64,000 nucleotides of DNA, taken from Bugula neritina. Its lineage: Eukaryota; Animalia; Bryozoa. A model generated the notes under the pieces. The model was not told the origin of the DNA, made no database searches, and was given only the letters and a program-made list of their open reading frames with translations. The stretch lies in the NCBI GenBank assembly GCA_964035545.1, contig OZ037767.1, positions 6,030,707 to 6,094,706 of the forward strand, written 5' to 3'. The translations under genes were made by a program, and so were the position numbers. Below are positions 37,447 through 50,674 of this stretch, piece by piece. The stretch's first letter is position 1. Each line of letters starts with the position of its first letter.

Positions 37447-38959
37447 CTTCTCTGTCTGCTCAACTCAAACTGCAACAAAACAATAACCGAGTTAGCACAT
37501 TATAATTTAATTTTTTAAAAATAGAAATAGATAATAGAGTTGAAATACATAAATTGAAAAAATAGTCTTTAATCAAAAGTAATGATTCTATTTGATTGCG
37601 ATGATCTAGCTTAAACAACCATTTAGTGTGCACTACATGAACACTATTTTCTTAACTGGACACTTACAAGGTGCCATCTGAATTCAACATCCAAACACTA
37701 AGCCATTAAGTTAGTCCTAGTGGGATAGAGTAGGGGTATCAGTTCATATTGAGTCAAGCAAAACTCCACGTAGACCAGAAATAGTAGTGAAGTGTAACCG
37801 TCTAAAAAAGATTTCAAATCTTTATAGATTCCAAATAATTTATATACAACTTATAGTTCACTTGATTTTAGAATACACTAAAGGTTCTGTAAAACTGACT
37901 ACTACTTTATGACTGGTTCTCTATTAAATATGTTAACAACTATTTTTCAGCTGACCCGATACTGATACAGTGATAATCATAGCGGGTCACTGTTACACTA
38001 ACACTTGATCTTAAGGTTAGTGTAACTGTAAGTAGTGTCATACAATCATAGGCATGAGAGTTATACTTATACTCTTATAGTTATACTAATACTAGTACTT
38101 ATAGTGACACTGAAAACTTACTCTTTGAGTCAGTGAGCCTGTAATAGTTATAGTAAATGTAATAGTAATACTAAGGTCTACCAGTAACTGTAAGTCTAAT
38201 GATTAATGAGTAATGAACTTAAGAGTTATCAGTTAAACTTGATCAGTAACACTAAGTAGTAACTAACTCTAACTATAAAGTGTTATCAGTAAAACTAAAT
38301 GTAATGGCTAAGTCTAATCACTTTGGTCTAATGACAATGAGTAACTGTAAGTGTACGTCTAATCGTAATTATAATCATAAGACAACCATTTAATGACAGG
38401 AGACTCAGACTGAGTAATGGCCAAAGAACCCAAGTAAAACTAAAAGTAAAAGCACAATTATAATGATTTAAAGAATAATGATAACATTCACTTATCATAA
38501 TCATTATGATTATCGAAATCAGTAAACTCCAAAGTATAATCGTAATGATAATGTATTCATGAAACAAAACTATATTACTAACTCTACTAGTACTAGGTTT
38601 GTTAGCGAATACTCGAACCAAATAATATTATTATTTCTTTCCGTGGTTATGGAGACTATTTTAAGGATTTAATGCACGATAACTCCGACTATAATAGTAA
38701 TATTGAGACCATTATAGAATAAGAGAAGATAACTCTACACTAGATTGAAAACTCGCGCTTGCATTTCGGATGAGATTTTTCCAGTAGGCCTAAGCTGTTA
38801 GAGAAATTCAAAGCTTTTATATTTTAACAGTGGCTTGAAGAGCTGCAAAGAAAATGTTCACGTCTCAAGCTACAAGCTCTTGCTAAGACAACCATATACT
38901 TGGAACAACTACAAAGTGGTATGAAACAAACAGAAAAATAACTTTAAAACTCGTGCAAG

Positions 38960-39137
38960 TTTATAAATACTATCCTTGTGAGAAACCCTTGGTGGAAAGG
39001 ACTTTTTAAAGCCGGCTAAGGACTTCTTCATTAAAGTGGCAAAAAAACAATTATGACTAGATGCTCTTTCTAGCATAACCAATGGCCTTTACTGAGATCA
39101 AACCCATGAAGCCAGCGCTCTAAACCCCAGGGCCAAG
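38960..39137 (-). mobile_element. SINE family A, decayed
   Basis: CAATTATGACTAGATGCTCTTTCTAGCATAACCAATGGCCTT body segment. Confidence 0.7.
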
Positions 39138-40334
39138 AGTCTAGACTCTAGACCCTGTCTGATTCACTATAATGATAAATATTATTTATTGTTGTTAAAA
39201 TCACTATTGCTTATACATTTTGATATCCAAAAATAGACATCATGTCTTTTCTTTGAAAAAAATATAGTTGTTTAAAATCAATACACTATAACCTGATTTA
39301 CCATAGTATAATTGATCTCATATCAATAACTATTCGCCCAACGAAACTATGACATTAGAAAGATTGCTATTCAGGTGTGGCATGTAAATTCATGGAGTTG
39401 TCTTTTCTATGTTAAGCTAGACCTTTTTTTATTTTAAAATGGAATGTAATATTTTATTTACAATACTTCTTAATGTGTTTGTGCAATTTTAAAATTATTA
39501 TAAACAAGTTGTTTTGTATTTGAACTTTATAATTAGGTAAACACAAAGTGTGCCTACAAAAACTCAACTCAATGAATGAATGATATACAACAACAAATTG
39601 TGTCAATAAAATGTTTCGCAATTAATTGCTAGAATTAGTTAATCATGGGGTATAGTGATTTCTGATAGTTCCCTATTTTATTACAATATGAAAAGTTATG
39701 AATTAAAGCAGGTTTACTAAAATACAGTTTATATAATTTTAAGCAATTTTATTATATATAGTACTATTGGTACTTTTAGCCATGGAGTTGCTATTACACG
39801 GTCATGAAAATGTTATTCTCAACGTGCTCAACTACATTCAAGCTTAGAACACAATATTTTTTTTATGAAAATTGAAGAAAAAAGAAATAACTTGGCCTGA
39901 ACAGAAATATTATAGCAATTAGTTTAATCTTTACGAGGTGACATTATATAAGCATAATACATATTATGTGGATAAAACTATTAATTGTATACAAAAATAA
40001 AACAACGATCAATTAATATTACAACAAGTAATTAATAAATGAGGTAAGTTACATATAGCCATACATGCTATAATGTGGATATAAAATTTGTGCATTTAAC
40101 ATTCAATAACAATGGCTATAGAAGGATTATTTAATATTTATATTTCGGGGTAATTTCTTGCTATATATAACTTCATATAACATATTAAAACGAAAACAAA
40201 AAATAGCTGAATTATACTCATATGAAAACAAATCCACCCAATAATGAAGCCAACTAGCTAATGTTTTATTGTATCCACATAACAATTGCACATTATTCAG
40301 AATGTTGATATTAGACAACTCCAAAAAATATTCT

Positions 40335-43300
40335 CTAACATGGAGAAGCGGATTGAAACAAGTTCAACATAGAAGTCAGGACGAAGGCTAGAATGGAGCC
40401 AAGGCCAGCGCCTGCCTGTGTACCAACTCCTATCCAGAACAGTCCAGAAATCCCTCCCTTTCTTGCCATTGCTGTTATGTATATATATAGGAAGGAGACC
40501 ACTGCTCTTAATGTTACCCATACTACTACCTGCAGAAGTAAAGTGTTGATAATTATAGTCATAAGGCATAACAAAATATAAAAGCAAGCATTTATAATTT
40601 GGTAAAATAATGATTTAATTGGTCTGAAACCCACTATAGACAAGCACAGCACTCTCTCCATATCTCACGATCCCATTTCTCACAAAATTCCACAGGAAAC
40701 AAAAAGGGCTTGGTTCACCATTGTTTTGTGGCAATTTGAGGTTTTAGACCTCAACTTAGTGAGATACGGAGGGGGCACTGTACTAAATAACCTTCTAATG
40801 AATGTTGCACATAAACTATAATGATAAAGCAACGGGATCATGCCTAGATGTTAGAGCACGAGGTGGGGGGGGGGGGTTTAAATCTCAGCACAGGTCATTG
40901 GTGATGTTAGGAAGATCATCAAATCATTGCATGCTTATTTATCACACTAGAAAGCAAGTCATTAGCCCACTTTAGAGGCTTTTTTAACAGGGTTCTCACA
41001 GGAATATGGACTGTAAACCCCTTGAATTTATAAAAAATAAAGCAGTGTAAAATTAGAATATAAGGCCACCATGATTGGCCACTAACCATGCACACTGCAG
41101 CAACCATCCCTTCGACTGGGGGTGTTGGACTGTAGCTAGCGATTACTATTATATAGCTCGCACACGCTACAACTATTCCGGTAAGAATGCCAACAGCTAG
41201 AAAACTCTGTGGTACTCGACAAAATCCCGATAAATATGCCAGTATGGCACTCAGTGCAGATAGCTTAACTCCCAGACTACAAAAATTAATATAATATAAA
41301 ATAAAGTATAATAACAATGATGATAGTCCATAAGCCCTGAACTGGTTGCAAATCAAAATCTGACTGGGTATAAAATATTCTGGTTTAGTAAGCTGCACAA
41401 TTATATAGGTAAATTATTCTCGTATTACCTGATAAATATTTAGGACAAACTTCTGTAATAACAGTAATTTATGGTGTTGTTATTCAAATGCATTATATAT
41501 ATTATATAAGCTTTATAAGTTTAGGGCCTTTCTTTAACTAGCAAATTAACTAAGCTTAAATTACCAGTTTGACTACCTTTACCTGTAATAAATGTGTCCA
41601 TATGGAAGTAATGCATACGTCTGCAAAGATGGTAGGAAACCATATATTATAAATGCCAAAAGTGAAACTACGCAGATGAGAAAAGCAAGCTGTGTGCGAG
41701 TCAGCTGACCTCGTTCCTTTACTTCAACTTCTGAAGATGAGTCATTATATTTATAATCATCAGCAACAGGAGATAGTATCGAGAGAATTGTGCCTCTCTC
41801 CGGCTCGGGTTTAACTTTCAACGACTTTGTAAACTCTGTTTTACAATACCCAGAATAGTTAAGTAAAGAAAAAGCCATGACTGATAACATAATCATAGAA
41901 GATAAAACTAAAAAGAAATCCCGAACAGGAAACAGTAAGGGGTCATATCGAGGCTGCATGGAGTAGCTAGTTGCATTGGTAGAGTTGACTTCTATTGTTG
42001 TGTTGATGCATTCGTACTCTCCCGAGCCTTGTATGAATGCTAGGGTAGCCGGGACAAAAGAGCACATCCCTTCTCCAATATAGTACGCAGTGATATATTC
42101 AGCTCGGAATTTTCCGGCAAATGGTAGAAACGTGACGGATGAAGTACAATCTACCAGAGCCAAGAAGAATATTAGCACTAAGAGGACTGTGCTATGCTCA
42201 ACTCCATCTAAAAGTCAAGAAACTATTTACAGCAGATGCAATACTTAGGGCTTTGAGAATTGATATAAAATATAAATATATAAAATATAAATATATAAAA
42301 TATATTCGATCACGCTATGAAAGTTCGACAACATATCTTAATTGCACAAAATGAATGCCAGCGAAATACTCATCAATATAATATTATAAAGATCGCATCA
42401 TTAGTTTGCATTGCGAACAGATACCAACATGTCAGTGCTAAAATTAGTTTTTAATGTCAATGACAAGTTGTTTATATAATAAAATTTGGCAAAGAAATTC
42501 TAGAACACAATGCCATGGATTGGCAATATAGACTGCTGTGTTGCATGTTTAAAGATAAAAAAGGATAATAGATAAAGATAATTAAAGTTATTTATATACT
42601 GCATGTAAAATATCGCTATCAGTGATATTTACAAAACAGTGATGTTTTGTAAACTAAATTTTATTACATTGTATTAATACACTGACTTATTTTCTAGGAA
42701 TTCAAGCATTGGTTAACCATGGTTGACTTTAAGAACACATATTCATAAGTGACAAAATACCACCTCAACAGTATGGGTACTGCAGAGGTGTAACAGCTTA
42801 CTATCAATATATATATATATATATATAAGTATATATGTGATATACGAGACAGTCTATGTTAGAAACTTGTATGATAACTATAAATTATAATGATATGTTC
42901 TAGGGTTCTGGTTGAGTATCACAAAATCATCTATTAAATCACATAATATACAATTTGGTCTGCACAGCCACAGGGTGCATTCCAAATTTAAATATAATTT
43001 CAGCGCTATTGAGCAATTAAAAAAACATTAATGTTTATGTATTATTATACCAGACTTTCAACAAAGAATGTTTATTGCTTTTAATTTTTTCTATTCTTAA
43101 AAGAAGTTACATTCCAACATTTCACATAATGCATGTTTCATTACACATAGCCAATATAAGGCTATTAGCTTTATTACGGAATACGTGCATTTCTTGTTAA
43201 CATGATACTTACTTATGTATGAAGTAACTTGCCAGAAGAAAGCTAGGAATAGCATAGTAAGGGCACCGACTATGGTGATGATGTATATAGTTGCAGTCTC

Positions 43301-44918
43301 CAGTCTATCTCGTGCAGCTTCACTAGTTTTAAATTTTCTAAGTATGCCATATGTGACAGGGCCAATGTTGGCGAACTGTATGATAATTGTGAAATATGCT
43401 GGCAAATTCCAACCTTCCGGTTGCCTGAAATTAGATGACAACATGGCATTTGTTAATTTACATACAACTAAACTTAGCGTATCAGCACATCTCGATATCA
43501 ATCTGTTTTTACTAAATTGCTTTTTTAATCATCAATATTTGATTATTATTATTAATACTAATTTTATTCAAGATCAATTAAAAGTTGCATATAATATTTG
43601 GTAAAAATACGTCCAGTTTTTGAAACTTATCGCAACATGGCAGTTATTTGGTTATCATTTAAAATTTATCTAAAGACTCTAAGGCAACTTTCCCTCTCAA
43701 ATACTCAATACTATTATATACTATATCTAGAAATACAAGCTGTTGTTTTGTTCCAAAAAATTAGGGTATATTTTAGCTCAAACTTCAATGCAGCCACAAA
43801 TATCTATTGATGTGAAGTAAGGTCTGTCAAAACTTTGTCCTGGATACAAGCATGCACCTATGTAGATACAGTAAATGCTAGTTGATTAACTAAATATATA
43901 TTGAACCAATTATTGAGTATTTTTTAAAACTAAACGGTGAAACTGATAAATTAAGCCAGGCAAGATAAAGCTATTAGAAAATAAACTTTAATAATTTAGC
44001 CATAAGTTACACATACAATAAATTTCACACCAACAACAGTAATTTGTACAAGAATAATTTCCTTGCTGCTTTTCTAGCATATGGACTAATAAGTGACTGA
44101 TATTATATATTTATATATTTTATATTGAAGCAAGGTTTGTGATGCTATAGCATAAAACACTGACATGTGAAACAAATGGAAAATTTTGAATTTCTAAAGG
44201 CTTGCTACCTTGCACAACCTTGGCAATATTTTATATAAGATTTATGCCTCTTGTTTTGTTATTCGCCGAGAATGACCAAGCAACTTTAGAAAGCTGTGAG
44301 CAGGTGTTAGAATAGGACAATTTCTAAAACTCAAACTTTGCCAGCAAGCAGCAAGTGAACATTATAAATTCTCAAATTTTACAGTTACTTCAAATCCCCA
44401 GTTCCCATGATTTGAATATAACTTTGTGCGGGATGAATTTGTGGTTGCTTGCGTTAACCTATATAAAAACTTCCAAAAGTTTATGGTCACCATCCCTGTG
44501 AGAAACCCCGATGAAAGGGGTTTGTTAAAGCATGAAAGGGGTTTGTTAAAGCGGGCTAAGGACTTATTTAGATGAGGCACAGGAGCAATTATGACTGAGT
44601 GCTTTTCCTAGCATCACCAATGACCTTTGTCAGGGTTTGAACCCATGACTTCATGCTTGCTAGGCAAACGCCCTAACCCCTAGACCACCGCTGCTCCCTC
44701 TTGCGTTAACCTACATATATGCATGGAATGAAAAATCTATTTTCATTAGCCGAAGCATTGAGGCAGAGTAAATATTTTACATATTTGCAGCATTCATGAC
44801 AGGTATCTACTCACTTGTGCACCATAATAGGCAGCTCTACATACAGTCCACTGATGTCCATCCAGGATGACCATCCAAACACAATGAATAATAAAAAGAC
44901 CAACACTTTGGTATCCAT
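40335..44918 (-). CDS. SLC52A: SLC52 riboflavin-transporter family, divergent paralogue A, about 441 aa; exons 44918-44815, 43424-43213, 42207-41583, 41276-41087, 40529-40335
   Basis: [71 protein letters not shown]. Continuous frame over five GT-AG exons. Confidence 0.92.
40828..41030 (+). mobile_element. SINE family A, decayed, in the last intron of paralogue A
   Basis: GGTCATTGGTGATGTTAGGAAGA body and TCACAGGAATATGGACTGTAAA tail. Confidence 0.6.
44462..44699 (-). mobile_element. SINE family A in intron 1 of paralogue A
   Basis: Full-length copy; TSD CTTGCGTTAACCTA at 44448-44461 and 44700-44713; internal duplication of ATGAAAGGGGTTTGTTAAAGC. Confidence 0.88.
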
Positions 44919-46267
44919 GTTCTTTAGTTTTACTTGACTTTTTCTTAATTCTTCTTTTTCTAATAGAAAACCAACAAACAATCATTTTTCTGGTACAAAA
45001 CGTCCCTTAAGGCATGAGTGGTAACTTTTAATCATCAATTTCTACATATATGAAAATAAATTTTATTGTTTCTCGCAGATATTTTTCTTCTGCTATACAA
45101 TCCTTGGTGACAGTGGACTACCATGTCATACAACCCCAAACCCCCCAGGCTACAGCTTGTACGCAATAACAATGTACAAAAGTTGTTACTATTCTATAAC
45201 ATGTGTGTAAGTATAACTTCAGAATTGCAGTTTTCATTCACATGCAGCAGTATGATTAGTACTCTTACCTATAAACTTCTTTTTACCTGCAGCCCACTCA
45301 ACCTCTAGTTAGCATTGTCAACAAATGCCATATAACTCTAACCTGTGACAAATTGAAACAATTCCATATGAAAGTTAGATTGTAACATGATGTTGCAGTA
45401 CTTAAATCTGGCACCAATTGCAAATACGTGTGTATTTGATAATCATCAACTATAAAAATAATATAATACATTGGGAATTTAAACATACCCTTTCATGCGC
45501 AGAAATAGTGGTACATGCACATTATTGTAGTTACTTTAAATACACAGATTAACAACTATTATAAGCAAATATTGCCCTACATTGACAGTTAGATTAATTT
45601 GCCACTGGAATGACATTGTATGAATATTTTATTCCTTTCACACACCCGCTGTTTTCACTGACAAATTTATATGTAATTTTTACAGCTTGTGTCAATAAAG
45701 TTCTTACAATGAGTAAAGTTTTGCTCAAGATTCCTGAACTCCAAAAGCTGCTAGTTGACTTTCAATGGCAGCTCCCCCTAGCTGCTTCTATATACTAGTT
45801 TGCATAATCAAAGAGACAGTAACTCCAATAAGAAAGATTTCCTTAAATTGTATTTATTATAATGCTACAGAAAGTGTACAGTAGGTAGTTCAACTTATAT
45901 CCGATACCACTTGTTTAACAAATTATTATGGGCGAGATTCAGTTTGACTCATCACAAAGCAACCCAGTAAAAAATAACATAATAACATAGGTATCATATA
46001 TAATCCGAGATCCATCAGTTGTTAAATCATCCTTGACACTTCCGAATCAGTAGTCTTGGAAAGGGGGAAAAAAGAGGTACACAAATTTTAGTTAGCTCAG
46101 ACAGGTATGAGATCTTTACACTAAAGTGTGTGAAATTTCAGTCAGACCTACTCTCTCCCCACCAGCTATGATCCCTGCTAGTACTCTACTCTGCCCCTTG
46201 ATTGCTATGCAGTGGAGACCTACCTAATTGCTCAGTGCTAAATGTCTGGACTCTAAGGGGTGCACTT

Positions 46268-46427
46268 AGGAGCAGTAGCGGAGAAATTGAGATAGCATAA
46301 GTTCTTTAATTTTATTATTAAATTTTGATTTGGGGCGAGGGTTGAAATTCTTTCGAGACCATAACTTTATTTGCTACATTTTTAATCTAGAACTCAGGCT
46401 TTTCTCAATTTCTTTCTTACTTCACCT
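46268..46427. mobile_element. MITE family B
   Basis: AGGAGCAGTAGCGGAGAAATTGAGA ... TCTCAATTTCTTTCTTACTTCACCT. Confidence 0.7.
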
Positions 46428-47648
46428 ATCTTAGGGCTGATTTAACTGTGGCTTAATCATGTCTTTGGGCTGCTACTTCAGGTTAACTTTGGGCACGGTT
46501 AGGTAGTCTAAAGCTGTATGTCTGTCATATAGGACTGTTATTCTAAGGTAGTTATAGGTGGGAGATGGTAGAGAAGGTGATCTTTTACTTTCTCTCAAGG
46601 AGTCTAACCCCACATGCACATGTATATGGTTATACTGTATACAACCTACCTACTACTATTATTGTCATTGCAGGGGAAACAACTTCGGAATAATTGAAGA
46701 CTGTGATATGCATTGAACTATAAGTTATAGTTTCAGTTCAGTGGTGATATGATATACATTTTAATACAGTTAACAGCTAACCAGAAACATATTTAAGAAT
46801 ACAAAATTGCTTTCATTTAATGGGCCAATTTACACACTCAAAATCTTCAGTTTTTAGCTTTTTTTTACAATTTAGCTGCTAATGTGGATTGGTTTTTGCT
46901 CTAAACTGTAGAGTGTAGACACAACTTCAGAGTTGCATAAAATGTGACAAGAGAAGCTAATTCCTATAGAAAATTAGCCAAAAATCAAATATTTACATTA
47001 TGAACAAATTTGAAATCTTATTATATTTTATTGATTGGGCCAACATGGCTGCAAATAAATGAAAGGCGTTAAGATAATCCAAAACTCTGTAACCAGAAAA
47101 AAGTAAAACAAGTATGCTTCTAAACGATAATAAATTATCTTTTGAATAAAACTACAGATAAAACCTTTGTTTTTATAGATTTGAAAGACCAGCACACTAA
47201 AGACACTATTTTTAGAGCAAATAGTTCAGAATCAATTTGAAAACATTGTGAAAGATGAAAGAAGTTGCACAGAATGTTAAAATACAGTTTAAACAAGTGA
47301 AAAAATTCCATTAGTTTATGGTTCAGAAAATAAGCAAATTCAAAAAATACAGAATTGACAGCAAAAAAGTTAAAGAAAAGTACTATTCAATACCATGGCA
47401 TACCAACTGATAATAAACCGAACATTATATTATATATTAGTTTATTATATCACACATATGTTTTACTATTACTCATTGAAATACCAACAGTAAAAATATA
47501 TATTAAAGCACGTAAGAATAGCACACCAGTGAAATGTATATATGCACAACACTTGCTATGAGCTACAAATAATACTACAAAAGGTAAAACATTTGCATAT
47601 AATATTTGGCTAGACCTGAAGAATTGGACACATTTGGCACATGGGCAT

Positions 47649-50600
47649 TTAGCAAGAAGGGGCAGGTGTAAACAGCTGAGCTACAGTGGTGCATATGAAA
47701 GCTACAATAGCTCCAACACATGAACCAATCTGTGTGACCACACCAGCCCAGAATAATGCTGAATGACCCTTCTTTAGTAGTATACTGGATATGTAAACTT
47801 TTAGATAGGAGACTACTGCTGTGAATATAATCCATACAAGCACCTGCAATCACCAGCAAGTAATGACATATAATTGTACAGGACAGTTGAGATGCTTCCA
47901 ATGACACAATAATTATGTGTGTCAACATAGCCATTTGCTACACAAACAGATATCCATAAAATATAATTACTTGTGAAGCATTTCTGGCAAAAATAATTCC
48001 AGCTGAGTTGTTCAAACTGTCCCTCCTTTACATTGGGATACATAAATTTGGACAAAAATCAAATATGCAATAAAAGTATTGTCAAGCAATTTGATTGTTC
48101 GCCAGATGTGAAATTAAAGAGCAATTGCTGGACTCTATCAAAAAGCAACTAATACCCTTCATTGCTACTCTTACAATTGTACTACCTAATGAATAAATGA
48201 ATTGATTTTGGCAAAGCAGACCCCATTTTCTACAGCATGCAGCCTAAGGTCATAAGGTCAAAATATTCAAGATCATTAAGTGGAGGGCAGTGAACCTGCT
48301 TTACAAATTCTCCTGGTAAATTAAAGTATGAGATAACACCATATCAAATAACTCACCATAAAAACCGCCGCTGCTACTCCCTCTACTGGGGGTGTTGGAC
48401 TGTAACTGGCGATTACTATTATATATGCGGCAGAAGCCATAGCAACTGCAGTCAGAATGTTGAGGACTACAAAGCTCTGACGGAAGGCACAGAATCCCAG
48501 AAAGCAGGCTAGTGGGTTGGCCACCATCGCCAGTTTAACACCCAAACTGAAACATTCAAAAGATATCTTCATATTTTGAAATAAAATTTTTTACAATCAA
48601 GTCTTAAACTTAGTGAATGACTAAAATCGGCTAGAATAGAAGATATACACTGATACAAAGGAGAACAAGATGAAATGGCATAAGCTAACAAGGTAACAAG
48701 CATAGGGTACAAAGTATTATACCTGTAGTAAAGCTGGCCATAAGGGAGAAGGGAGTATATCTGTATGGAAGGCAGCGCTCCATTAGCTAGGCAGCTGACG
48801 AGTGCCATCACACCCAACAGACTGAAGTATTGGATGGTAGTCAAACCACTTTTCTGACCCCCACTAATCATAGGAGAACCTGAATCCACCACTGGCAGGG
48901 TAGCTTGTGATTCAGTGACTGTAGAGTTAGCAAAACGTTCGGAGCCTGTGTTGGAACTTTGATAGCCTTTTAGATACTCAGGCTTATCACAGACCTCGCT
49001 ACGACAGTAGCCGCTGTACCTCAGCACTATAAACGCCAGGATGGAGAGAAACAGCATGCAACACAACACCACAAAGAAATCCTGCACTGGAAAAAGGAGC
49101 GGATAATAATTTGGCTGAATTGAGGAGGTGCCATTTGTGGTCTGATTGACGCAGCTATATTCTCCTGAGCCTTGAATGAATGCAAGGGCTGTGGGCAAGA
49201 GACCACTGAGGCCTTCACCAATGTAAAATGGAGTCATGTAGATGGCCTTGAACCGTGAGAGAAATGGTAGAAATGTAACTGATGACGTGCAGTCCACTAG
49301 TGATAGGAAAAACACCAACACTAGCAGCACTGTGCTATGCTCCACACCACCTAAAATTCAAAGTAAAGTGGATGAAATGCACAACTGTACATTCTGTACA
49401 TAATATAAAAATATACAGAAATAGTTTGAATACTCATCATAAAATTAGAAACAGATTAGTTAAGTATTTCATATACTCGAGTTACTATGTGGAATGCAAG
49501 TTTTGAAAGAGCTTTCGTTTCAACATGTTTTAAGAATTCAAATTATTGACATTTAAACAGGAATAAATTTTCAATAGCATGCCATTGCAAAAAATAAATC
49601 CATCACTCTATTATTCATTACTGAATCTCTCAACAAACTAACTTCTTGTATTACAATTACAGAAAATAAAAATGTGGTTTGAATTAAAAAAATTGATTCA
49701 TGTGCAGCAGTTACCTATGAAAGACGTCTCATGCCAAAAGAAAGCTAATAAAAGTGTGGCTAACATCCCTACACCAGTGATGATAAAAATAGTAACAGTT
49801 TCAAGGATTTGGAGTCCCCCATCTTCAGAATTTAGAGGACGTCTCCTACATAAATACTTAACAAGCCCATAAGCTAAAGGGCCAATATTGGCTAGCTGAA
49901 TCATCACGGTAAAATATGAGGGTAGGTTCCAGCCTTCAGGCAACCTACAACATATAGTAGAACTATGTTTCACTGTTTCACAGACAAAACTTTCTCATTA
50001 CTTTATATTGTTGCAGATATTATATTTATGCTGAAGAGACTACACTTGGTTGAGGGCTAAAACTATCTCTATTTGTAAATCTTCATCTTATATATATACA
50101 GAACATGACATCATACAGTTGCCAAACATCGTCTCATTCATGCAGTAATAATAAACAACTCTATTGCATTCTGTAAACATTCAAAACGTACAATTACTAA
50201 CAAGTTCATCCGGAATAAACATAGAAATATTTGTTTTTATAAACAACACAATTAAAAAAACTGAGTTAATACTTCAAATGAAAACAAACCAAATAACTTT
50301 GCCTCATACTAGTACTACTCAATCACATGATGCTTCAGAGGGACAAAACATGAGCAAAACAAGATTTACTAAATCAGTTAATTTCAGCCCATCAACATCT
50401 ACCAAGGAAATTTCACTTTGCAATTTAAAAGTCTTAAAAACTAATTGACTAAAAATAAGGAATAGATGAATAAGAAAAACCTATATGAAAGCAATATTCT
50501 ACAATGCTAATTTTTAGTAGCTAATTACTCCATACAAATATACTAAAACGACAGAAACATTTCTTACTGGTGCACCATGACTGGGAGCTCCACCCACAGT

Positions 50601-50674
50601 CCATTCACATCTATCCATGAAGACCACCCAAACACAATAAACAGGAGAATCGTAATGACTGTTTTTACGTTCAT
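47649..50674 (-). CDS. SLC52A: SLC52 riboflavin transporter, canonical paralogue B, about 449 aa; exons 50674-50568, 49944-49715, 49350-48723, 48546-48357, 47843-47649
   Basis: [87 protein letters not shown]; same exon phases as paralogue A. Confidence 0.94.

Noticed and set aside
43215-43604. 129-aa plus-strand ORF
   Set aside because: Antisense to SLC52 paralogue A exon 2.
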